From assembly GCA_002269645.1 (NCBI GenBank), contig NIVC01003209.1:1-64000 (forward strand): a DNA stretch of 64,000 bases, in the 5' to 3' direction. Made by a program: the position numbers and the translations under genes. The notes beneath the pieces were generated by a model. It worked only from the letters and a program-made list of their open reading frames with translations. It was not told the DNA's origin and did no database searches. Positions 13,439 to 24,479 of the stretch are shown one piece after another. Positions within the stretch are counted from its first letter, which is position 1, and every line of letters starts with the position of its first letter. This DNA comes from Macrostomum lignano. Taxonomy: Eukaryota.

Positions 13439-13899
13439 TAGTGTACATATCTCAGCAGGGGATACATGTACATGTAGTAGAAAACTCTCCCGCGGGAGAA
13501 TCTCGGCGGGCAATTTGCCTGCGACAAAATGAAATAGCGTGCTCCTCATATTTACTTTTTGACTTTATATACATGTACATGTACGTCGTCATGCGACGTC
13601 GCTGACAAATATGTGCTTTTACATCGCATGGACAGATAACGTCGTCATTCGATAGCTGATCGTCCGTGGAATGTAAAAATGTGTAAAAATGCCAATGCAT
13701 GACGTCGTCAGACGTCAGGAGTTTCTCAGCCAATCTGATTGCTGTACGACGGGTATTAGTTTTGCGCAACACAATGTCGCGACTCTTAGTCATTTCTTCA
13801 ATTCATCTGTGTACTTGACTCTGTTCTTACGCTGTTTTACATGTACATCTCCCTCTGTCTATACGTCAATCTTTTTCTCTTTCCATTGACATAAATACA

Positions 13900-16800
13900 T
13901 GTGTACCCCCACCCGGCCTAGTCCGGTCTGGGCAGGCCAGCCAAACTCTCAAACCAATCAGATCACCAGAACTCTAGGTGGCGTGCAAGCCGGATACACA
14001 TCACGGCCCCCCCCTCGAAAAAGCAATGAGAAGCAATGCATGGGGAACACAACAGTCCATAGAATGCACACAGTCAAAAGTTATTCAGTTCGCCAATCAA
14101 CTCGGGCTAAACCGGACCGGAGCTCTTCTTGTTCGGCCGCTTCGTCTCAGCGGAGTCAACGGCGTCTCATTCACCAGCGCCCTTGCTTGCACCTATTCCG
14201 GCATCGGGTGTGTTGCTATCCGCTGACGATGTACTCGGAATGCGAATCAGGTTGCCAGAGTGCCATCGCGTGCCATCGTCTAGCTGCCAGGACTCCGGGC
14301 CCAGCCGCCGGGTGATCCTTCGAGTCTCGCCGAGCCTTGTCGCCGTCTGTGACTTGCAGACGCGCACGGAGTCGCCAGCCTACAGTCGCGAGGGTCGGGT
14401 TCCTCCTCGGCGCCGATCGGTGCCCAGCCTGGCCTTCTCGACTCCTTGTTGGCCTGGACTCGATGCTCGGTCCCCGATGGCGCCGTTGGAATCAGGGGCG
14501 GATGCCTCGGCCCACTGGCTCAGAGGTCCTCGAAACGGCAGACCGATCATCAGCTCAGCCGGCGTTAGGCCCGTGGTTGCACTCGCTGTCGACTGGTAGC
14601 AGTGCAGGAACTCGCAGATTACCTCCTTGAAGCTGATGCCGTTCTTGAGGTGCGCCTTCAGCGACTCCTTCGGAGTGCGTTTGAGGCGCTGGACTTTTGA
14701 GTTTGACTGAAGGTGGTACAGCGAGGTCCTGGAATGCTGCATGCCGTGGCTGGAAAGAAACTCCTCGAAGGCGTGAACTGCGGCCCGTTGTCGGTCACGA
14801 TCTTGCCTGGCAGTCCCCATCGAGCGAACAGGTCCTTGAGGAAGTCGGCGATGACCTCGGCCGTCACCGAAGCCGTAGCCCGAATCTCTGGCCACTTGGA
14901 GTGCAGGTCAATGGCAACGATTGCAAATCGGCTATTGACCGGCTCTTCGTGGATCTCGCCGAAGATGTCCAGCTGAATCGTGTGCCACGGCTCTTTGGGC
15001 CACTCGGTCGTCTAGGATGGAACAGCAGGTCGCTTCCACTTCTCCGTCAAGCAGCAGCTGACGCAGGACTTGGCCAGATCCTCCAGCTGGGCGTCGATTC
15101 CCGGCCACCAGACCGAATCGCGAGCTCGGTGCTTCATCTTGATGATGCCGCAATGTCCCTGGTGGATCAGCGCTAGCGCCGACCGTTGATATCTTGTCTC
15201 GGAGCTTAAAGAAGATCTCCTCATCTATTGGCGGCTCCTTCCAGTTGGCTTGAAGCTTTGCGGAGACACTGCGAATGAGCGGATCGGCCTGCGAGTGCTT
15301 GTCCAGCAGCTCGGCCGATAGAATCCCGTCTAGCACCTGGTGGATGTCGGCCATTTCGTCGTCGTCATCGCCGCTGTCTGTCGACTCAGGTGGTCGCTCG
15401 AAACGGGAAAGGAAGTCTGGCACAACGTTGCCCTTTCCAGGCTTATACTCGACGCTGAAGTTGTACTGCAGGAGCCGGTCGTTCCATTGGTGGATGCGCC
15501 GCAGCTTGTGTCCAGTGCCTTGGTTACACAACAGTGCCTTGAGAGCCGAATGGTCAGTGCGCAAAGTCAGCCGTCTGCCGTAGGTGTAGATGTGCCAGCG
15601 CTCGAGAGCCCAGATGCACACCAGGGCCTCTTTCTCGCTAGCTGAGTATCTGGACTCCGTTGGCGCCAGTGCTCGCGAACGTAGGCCACCGGCTTCTCTG
15701 ACTCGCCTATGCGTTATGCGTTGAAGCAGCACCGGGCCAAGAACGAAGTCAGACGCGTCGCACTCGAAGATCGTGTCAGCGTTGCAGTCGAAGTGGCTTA
15801 GCACCGACGGGCTCGTCAGCTGTTGCTTGAGCTCGGCGAAAGCGGCGTCACTAGTAGAGCCCGCAGTGAGTGATGAACGCCGTCAGCTGCCTACTGCCGG
15901 GGTTCAGTGGGATCTGCAGGTAGTTTTGCTTCAGGTCCAGCTTGCTGAAGATCTGCGCGCCTGCAAACTGCTGCCAGCTCCTCTGGGGTCGGCACGGGAA
16001 ACTTATCCAGGTTGATCGCTTGGTTGCAGTTGCGCAGATCAACGCACAGTAGCAGGTCGCCATTCTTCTTTTTGGATGCGACTAGATTGGACACCCAAGG
16101 AGGGCATCGATCTTCTCGATGACACCTGCGGCCTACGTCTTGCTTAGCTCGTCCTTCACGCGGCCCTGACGTGCGAGCGGCACCCGGTGCAGCGGTTTAA
16201 CTGTCGGTATCGCATCCTGGCGCAGCTGTGGTCGGTGGCAAAACTTCTTGGCCATACCGATGCTGCTGATTGCGTTGACTCGGTTGACTCAGCTTGTCCA
16301 TGCCGTCGAGACCGAGGCTGTTGGGACCTCGTCGTGTGATGAAGAAGCAGCAGACAGCGGGCATGCCGCGGTGCACAACGCACAGCTCTGCGGTCCCGAG
16401 CACGTCAATTGCAGAGCCTGTGTATGAGAACAGCTGCTTTGAAGTCGGCGTGATGACCGGTTGTTTTGGCAGGCGTTGCACGGTATTCTCGTTGATTATA
16501 TTGACTTTTGACCCCGTGTCCAATAGGAGCCTGACGTCGACGTCAGCATCGAGAAGTTAAAGAGCGACGTTTCATATTCTACTGCAGACACTTCGAATGG
16601 CTCGTCGTCTTCGTCCTTTACGGTGTGAACCTGGCGTCGCTGTCGGCAGCAAACTTTGAAGCGTCCGACTTTGTGGCAGTGCAAGCAGGTCTTGTCCTTC
16701 GCTGGACACTCTAAGGCGCAGGCGGCGTCCCCGGCCCTCCCGCAGTTGCCGCACCGTGTCTCTGCGCCGGATTTCTGCGGTGCCGCATGCTTGGGTCCCT

Positions 16801-17662
16801 TGTGTGATGGCGTACGCTGGCTGAATTTCTGGATGAGGGACTCCTCCTTGTCGCTCTTGCCGTCGCGCAGCTTCTTGGCGTCGTTGATTGTAGATTCGAC
16901 CTGAATCGCCAATGCCATCGCCCTATCCAGCTCAAGCTCCTTCATGAGCAGTCACTTTCGGTGCGCGAGTAATGGGTCTTCTCCATGATGGTCCCACGGA
17001 TCATCTGGCCACGGAGAGAGCCGTATTCGCTGTCTCCTGCGATCGAGTTCTCGGAGGGCGTCGACGAACTGGCTGACTGCATGGTTCGCCTGGCATCTGG
17101 GCGCGCGACTTGAACCTGCAGCCGTTGCTGATTGTGCTGTGCGACTGACCAAAGATCGTTTTCAGTGCAGCCACCAGCTTGTCAAAAGTATCAACGCTCG
17201 TCGCCGGCAGATTCCTCAACAGATAGATGAGAATCGCCTTTTTGTGTGCATCCGATGCTTAATTTAGGTTCATGGCCTTCAGGTAAATGTTGAATCCTTC
17301 GATCCAACGATTCCGACAGCCGCGATTCAAAGTGTGGCTGTCCTGGGCGGGCGAGAAACACGTCGCGTGGCTCGTAAATCCCATCCTCGTCGCTATGTTG
17401 TACTTTGGGGCAGTGTGGCCAAATTAAGTGAGGCGATGGCAGGGTACATGTTCGTAGAAAAGGTTGCAAATGCTTGAAAGGCTAAAAGTACTTATATTTA
17501 TAGATAAACATAACTATCATAATTCAGCAAAACGAATCCCTCACCCCTCACCTAGCCTATAGGCCTGTCTGGGCAGGCAGCCAAACTCCCCAGCCAATTA
17601 GACGCAAGCCAATCAAGTGCGCAAGACTGCATGAGCCACAAGCCTTACATGTACATTGTCTG
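13900..17662 (-). mobile_element. Degenerate Ty3/Gypsy LTR retrotransposon 1
   Basis: Gag zinc knuckles (CGNCGR..., CLHCHKVGRF..CC) at 16496-16945; protease DTGS ~16520; RT (NLDKFPVPT, FSKLDLKQ.YLQIPL) ~15850-16100; RNase H (FECDASD) ~15780; integrase (IVTDNGPQF) ~14800. Many frameshifts. PPT-like run at ~14005. The LTR copies match only partly. Confidence 0.85.
17378..17395 (-). promoter_or_regulatory. Primer-binding site complementary to the tRNA-Ser(GCU) 3' end
   Basis: The plus strand reads ATCCCATCCTCGTCGCTA, matching the metazoan tRNA-Ser(GCU) 3' end ATCCCATCCTCGTCGCCA with one mismatch, next to a TG LTR edge at 17396. Confidence 0.7.
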
Positions 17663-19497
17663 ACACTGCCCTAACCTTCGCTTTATTAGCTTCCGCTTTT
17701 TTGTGGAAGATTTGCTTTTTAATAAGAATATAGAAGAAATTTATTACTTTTTAAGTACTCGAAAAGCGCTTGCATCGGAGAGAAAAACAACTGGCTACCT
17801 TGATCCACTCGTCTCGACCAAAGCTAATCAAGCAGACCAGCTCTAGACCAGCCGGCCTCATACTCAAATGACTGTAACAAAGCTGATCGAGGTTTAAGAG
17901 CTAAGCCAGCAGCCTGAGAATGAGAGACACAGATGACTCGCAACAAATGCTTTGAGGGGTGATGGTTGCCCAACAATGGCACAGAGAACTGCGTGAGCGC
18001 CTACCCTACCCGTTCAAACTCTTCATTGCTTTGTATTGCAGTTATATAATAAAACTAAAAACCTGTTATAAATGACAATACAAACATAGATTATTCATGT
18101 ACGCTCGCAGCCATCAACGCCTTCGTCACACTAGTATCTTCAAGGGCACGTACTTCAAGAAGTCAACCAAGCCATATTAATACTCGTACGTTTGTATCCT
18201 CATAATTGGAATAAGAGATGAACAGTCCAGAAAAATTCAGCTCTCAATCAATAGTCAATAGTCTCGAACTCTGAGTTGCATGGTGCTCCGCTCGCTAGTA
18301 CATGTAGGCCATTATACTCATTCATTGCATGCGAGCTATGCATTTTCCTTGACGCTCAATTGTGTCCGGTTTCTTGCACTCTTGTTGCAAGTTTTGGTTC
18401 ATATTAGTTGTGTCTACGCAGGGTACCCTTAACATGTCATACATAGTGTGCTCTGGCAAGCACTCTTCTGGAACTTCAAATATGCGTATGTGCCTATTCC
18501 ACGTGCGTCCATTATTTTTGTACCTTTGGATAAATAAACGATCAAAAGCTTCAATTATCAGCATACACAAGCCGACAAAGTGCTCAGCAGCGAGGAAAAG
18601 CGTATATTGTAGTGCCTGTAGTAGTGTTGTAGGGGAGATCATTAGGAAACATTAGGAAAAAGGATGCTATTGAATCGGATTTTAGGTTGATTAACATGCA
18701 GCGCTAGATAAATAGAAAGTAAAATAGGAGTCACATAAAAAATGTTGACAGAAAAAACTACGAACTTTTTAGCCGCTCAGCAATAACGCAGAGAAAAAAT
18801 TATAATCAGACGTCGCCCTTTAAAACATATTGAATAAGACAACATTGATTTGGAAATTTCTATTCTGCATATTGCGATGCATTTTAAACTCTAAATTTAG
18901 ATAAATTCACAAATATCCTGTTAAGCGCCCCGGTTAATTGTACAGCAGCCTATATGCTTTTTGATTATCTAATGGTTTCAACCATTGTGTATGGTCCTTG
19001 GGTAAGGACATAGACTAAAACGTACCTAGAAGTGTTTAATTTGACTATTACTAAATTTTCAATACGATGGACAAAAAGTAGAACTTATGTAAGTTAGCAA
19101 GGCATGCGTCTCCTGCAAGTGCATGCACTGTTTCGGGTAATCAGATAATCAGATAAACTGCTAAACGGGTAATCATTGCTAGAAAGCAAAAACGGCGGAA
19201 AATAGCTATAGCTATAGGCAATATTAAGAGCTAGCTATAACACTTATTCTTTTACGAGTAGCATATAGGAATATCACGCAACTTATCTAAAGAAACTATA
19301 AGCCAGCAACGCTATATAAGGAGACAAGAGATAATTTTAAGATTTTTTTCTGTACGTAAAAAGCAAACCTAATTTCTAAATGTAAAATGTAAGAATGTAA
19401 GAATAGTTCCCATTCGTCGAAAATTCGATAAGGGTAATGTTTTGCATAGTATCGGATTCGCAGATAGGTTATATCGTAACAGGTTATCCTCCGGGAA

Positions 19498-20477
19498 TCA
19501 CACCAGGAAAGCATGTTCCATAAGCTCCGTTGCCGACTTTCTCTGATTACGGTCTTTGAAGGTACAGAATTTGTAAAATTCAGAGAGCTTAGCTGAGCAG
19601 CTTGTCGGTAGAGAAGGAGCACCTTCGTCTTTTATCTTTTTTCCAATTCCAAACATGCTTTTTATGTCGTCGAACGGTCTGCTACCAGAGGCCATTTGGA
19701 AAACCGAGCAACCAAACGCCCATATGTCTGACCCCTTGCTGTACTGCGATGAGCGATTAGGAGCGTCGGGAGCTATGAGTTCTGGCGACATGAAGGCTGA
19801 CGTGCCCTTGGGCGTCGCAGAATTTTCATTGGCATGGGTGACTGAATGATCAAGTTTGATTGCCAGGCCGAATCCAATCAGTTTAACTTGCTCGGTGGCA
19901 GAAAGTATTAATATGTTGCTACAGTTGATATTTCTGTGGATCACTGGCTCATCCAGATTATGAATGTATTTTAGAGCACTGCAGATCTACAAATAGGAAT
20001 AGTATAGGAGTAACACTCCCATGTAAATGAACGCAATACGAAACTGTTCAGTATAAAATGAAATTAATCGGAAAAAGATAAAAGACCATAATCTACCCAA
20101 GCACCTACAATTGAAATATCCAACTTACCTGCTTGCTAAACTTTCGAATTCGCGTTTCGGAAAGCGGCTTCTTATCAATAAATCTCTCCAAAGTCACACC
20201 GTCCAGAAGTTCCATGAAGACAACAAATGTCGCATGCTCCTTCTTAGCGATGTCCAAGAACTCGACAATGTTTTCATGTCGCAATCCGCACAGTTTCCTA
20301 TCGCTCTGTATCGCGTTGATACTGCTTGCATTGTTTGGCTGATCGCCCTGCTGCACTTGCAGTTTCAGAGTTTTCGTAGCGCACTTCCTCTGTTTGTCTG
20401 TAAACACTTCGTGAACTTCTTCGAAGCCTTTTCCACTAAGAAGACGAACATTACTCCAGTCGCACAGAAATGGTCGG
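19498..20477 (-). CDS. STE/MAP3K-like kinase-domain gene copy 1, probable pseudokinase (exons ~20477-20129, 19986-19498)
   Basis: Kinase subdomains are visible (CATK, LRHENIVEFL, VFMELLDG, GTSAFMSPE, DIWAFGC), but with HRN for HRD, GFG for DFG and a Gly loop SGKGFEE. GT-AG intron 20128-19987. Confidence 0.8.
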
Positions 20478-20928
20478 CTATTAGAAAATGGTCAATGGTT
20501 TGAATAGTAAGCGGTGATGCTTCTTACTTAAAATTTTACTGGCAGTGCGTATCTCGACATGATTATACTGGTATTTATTAATGGGTTCACTACAGTATAC
20601 TTAAAAACCAGCGATGATCATAAAGTACTCAATCGTTGAAGCTTGCTACGTTTTTTACTATAAAGACTTTCCAGCCAAATTTCTTAATCTAGCCGAAAAT
20701 GAGCGTTGAGCATGAGATGATCTTTATACGACTCTCAAAGTGATACGAGCGTATTTTCCTTACTGAATTTTGACCTTTATGATTCATTTATTTATGTTAT
20801 TATTATGATTTTGTTTTAGTTCATAAACTCTGCCCTCTGCAGAGTTCTTGTTTCATTTTTTTATTCTCAGTGTATACAACCAACAGGCCGTATTCCCTCC
20901 AATAATTCGACGTTACAGTTTATGAACT

Positions 20929-22504
20929 AACAGTAGATTGCACAGTCCGGCGGAGCGCTGACAGAGTTGCAATGAGGGGAGAGAGAGGATGAGAGATGAG
21001 CACAAATGTACACCTAGAACACTCTAAGGAGGACACTGGCACCATGATTGACGAGTTGCTTATTTAGGATTGGTTTACGCGATTTTATATACAGGGCCTC
21101 AAGCACTTTTAATCTACTCATTTGAGCACGCATGGATATAGTGAAAAAGTTTTTATCAATTTGGCTGTCACAGCATTCTGTGCATATCAACCAAATATAC
21201 TCAGCAACATTGAAAAGTCGCCACTCTATGCGCCAGTAAGCAATTTCTATTGGACTATTACTGAAATAAAAGATACGAGAAAACTGATCGGGGTGGCTTT
21301 AATCCGTCCAACCCTCGCACACCGCTCCCCCCACTTCATTCCTCAACTCATGTCTGCCGCGGCGTAGCTAAGTTGCGTCACTCGCAAAGATTGAGAGAGA
21401 CTACCTGCACTCTCAAAAGTGGCGACCACAGACGGAATCTTCTGTGATGGCGACTTTTCGATGTTGCTGAGTATATGTCGGCTGGTTGGTTGAGATATGT
21501 TGATGACACTCTTGGTTTTCAACGAAGGGACTGACTATAGCCAGTTCTTAGACATTTTGAATGGCACACATCCCAACATAAAATTCACTGCTGAAGGAGG
21601 TGGGAAATCTATACCTTTTTGATATTCAGATCAATGTTGAAAACGATTGTGTGTCCACCAAAGTTTATCATAAACCCACCTACACTGGTCTTCTGCTAAG
21701 CTTCAATGCTCTGTCCAACCCAGTGGAAAGTGAGCCTGCTGCGTGGTATGTTCCACCGGGCTTTCGAAATCTGTAGAACCTGGACAGCTAGTTTCCACAA
21801 AGAAGTCTGCTCGATTAGCACCTATTTTTCCAAAAACAACTATCCGAAACGGTTTCTCGATTACCACATTAGGAAATTCATTGATAGTAAAGTCGGGAAT
21901 CCGAACAATAGACAGAACAAGGAAGAACAGAAAGATCTGATGACAGATTGCATCCATATCTGTATTCCTTTCTATGGGCCTGCTTCTGTTGATTTTAAAA
22001 AGAACAGTATCAGAGCGTTCAATAAGTATTTAAATGTGAAGCTCATGGTCACTATTCGTTGTGAGAAAATTGGTCAAGTTGTTAAGAATTTGAAATGCCT
22101 CGTTTCCAGCTCCTTACGGGCAGGTGTCGTTTACCAATTCCAATGCTCTGGTGACCAGAGTATCACCTACATAGGCGAAACTACCCGACACCTGTACGTG
22201 AGAAGTAGAGAACATAGGCAATAATAGATGATGGCCGTGCACGACCACCTGATATGCAAAGAATGCTGTGACAGACAAATTGATAAAAACTTTTCCACCA
22301 TCCATACGTGCTCGAATGAGTATACTAAAAGTGCCTGAGGCCCTGTATATAAAATCGCGTAAACCAATTTTAAATAAGCAACTCGCGAATATTAGTGTCA
22401 GTGCCCTCCTTAGAGTATTCTAGGTGTACACTTGTGCTCATCTCTCTCTCTCCCCTCATTGCAACTAGCTGTGAGCGCTCCACCGGACTGTGCAATCTAC
22501 TGTT
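20929..22504 (+). mobile_element. 5'-truncated Penelope-like element with inverted terminal copy of its 3' end
   Basis: RT C-terminus (YVDDT, KFTAE, VYHKPTYTG), then GIY-YIG (GVVYQFQC...YIGETTRHL..R..EH) at ~21480-22420. Segment 20929-21195 is an inverted copy of ~22240-22504. Confidence 0.85.
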
Positions 22505-22832
22505 AATATATATACATTTTCTAAATTTTTATTGACCTGTTTTGTCCAAATTTACTAATACTAAAACTGATTTTTAATATAAATAAACAAATAAATCGTT
22601 GCTAATTCTTAAGAGCCTGACGACACCTGACGCGAGGCGAAACATCTCGCCTAACAAAAAATTATAGCGCTCACGTTCTTAATTTTACTTTTCCTCAGAC
22701 GCACAACTTTACCACAGGACGCTACAGTTTCTTTGCCAATCCCTGCTTACCACGCCGGATTATTGTGTCAGATAATTAAAGAGAATACGGTACTCAATGT
22801 TACAAGTAGTATGGAACTTTAACGAAATGTAC

Positions 22833-23791
22833 CTTTCAAAAGGAGCCAGAAACTCGTGCCCAAGCAGGTCCTTCGCAGATTTCCTGTCCTTTGGCTCTCG
22901 AGCGGTGCAGCAGTCGTAGAAATCTTGCAGCTTTGCTGAGTAGCCATCCGGGAGTCTCGGGGCTCCGTTCTTATGCAGCAGCTCGGGAATATTGTATCTG
23001 CTGCCGCAGTCGGAGAAAGGCAGCTTGCCCGAGGCCATCTGGTAGATTGAGCAGCCGAACGCCCAAATGTCCGACGATTTGCTGTAGTGTGGACTACTCA
23101 GATCATCTTTAGCCAGCAGCTCTGGGGCCATGAATTCCATAGTGCCTTTGGGTTCCGGATTGGAAGCAGAGATGTGGCTTACTGACTGCTCAAGCTTGAT
23201 TGACAGGCCAAAATCAACCAGTTTGATTCGCTTTTTGTCAGCGAGAACAACAATATTTCTACAGTTGATGTCTCTGTGGATCACGGCTGGCTCTTGGCTG
23301 TGAATGTAAGCCAGAGCGCTGCAGATCTGAGAAATGGTTCAGAAAGTGAGCATGCCAATGAGTCGTTAACATTATTTGCTTACAGTATTATAAAACTATA
23401 CAATAATGGTCTGACCTGTGTGCTGAACAGCCCGATGGTCTCTTCATCCAGTTTCGATGACTTAATAGTAATAAATGTATCCAAGGAGCAGCCATCAAGA
23501 AGCTCCATGAACAAGACAACTGTGGCTGGCTCTCGCTCTGGCTGATAAATGTACAGGTATTTGACAATGTTGTCATGCTGCAGTTCGCACAGGTTTTCCT
23601 CGGCCTCGAGACATTTGTCAATTTTTTTACGCACTTCGGCTGCCACATCACTGAGCTTCATTGGCACTCTAATAGTTTTTGTAGTACATCTGATGCCAAT
23701 GTCGGTCAGCACTTCGCAAACGGTACCATAGCCACCTTGGCCAAGAGTGCGGATTACAGTCCAGCGTTCATTAAATAGGTGGCTGCCCGAC
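22833..23791 (-). CDS. STE/MAP3K-like Ser/Thr kinase gene copy 2 (exons 23791-23416, 23326-22833)
   Basis: LGQGGYGTV, CTTK, LQHDNIVKY, HRDINCRN, DFG, GTMEFMAPE, DIWAFGC; GT-AG intron at the same position as in copy 1. Confidence 0.85.
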
Positions 23792-24479
23792 CTAAGATTT
23801 GGTGAATAAATAACAGTGACATTGAGGCATTGAGAGTGACAGTACTGCTTTTCGTTAGCTTGTTACGAGCTATATAGTCAGCTGTTCAGTTTACTGTGTT
23901 GCTTTGTCACCTGTCAAATTCGAGCTTGAAAAGGTAGACGTACTGCATAAACGAGCCCATTAGAGACTGAAAACTTGCCATTCACCGAATTTTATTGGCT
24001 TCGTGTTTAATTTCAAAGTTAATTCTGTTCAGCATTTTCAAAACCAGTTTACTGACAGCTCACTTAAGTCGAATAAATGCAATAAAAATGGCTTATCGGT
24101 TCGTTTTTTTGTGGTAGTGAAGTGAGCACTATAGTTTTGCTGTTAGGTGCCCCACTTTAGTCAGCAGTTTCCCGCGCCCTTTTGAGCTTTTGATACTGCC
24201 GCTGGTCGCAGCTCCCCCTTTCTCCCCCTCTCCCTCTTTATCTCTCCCTTCCCTTCCCGTTCTCCTTCTTGGCTGCCTGTGCTCCCCTCCGTTGCCCTTC
24301 CTTTTTTGGTGCGTTCTCGTTTTCAGTGTCCGAGCTTCCGCTCAGCCTGCTCTTGGTTCATTGTCTGACTACCCCTCTCCCCTTTTCCGTGTGGCTACGA
24401 TCGTTTAGTTTAGTCCAAAGTGCAGTGCATTCAGACTGTACTCTCAGTCCTGCTTTCAAGTAGCGGAATAACGTACCCC

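Noticed and set aside
18322-18642. 106-aa ORF as a further exon of kinase copy 1
   Set aside because: No recognisable domain and no splice path I can support.
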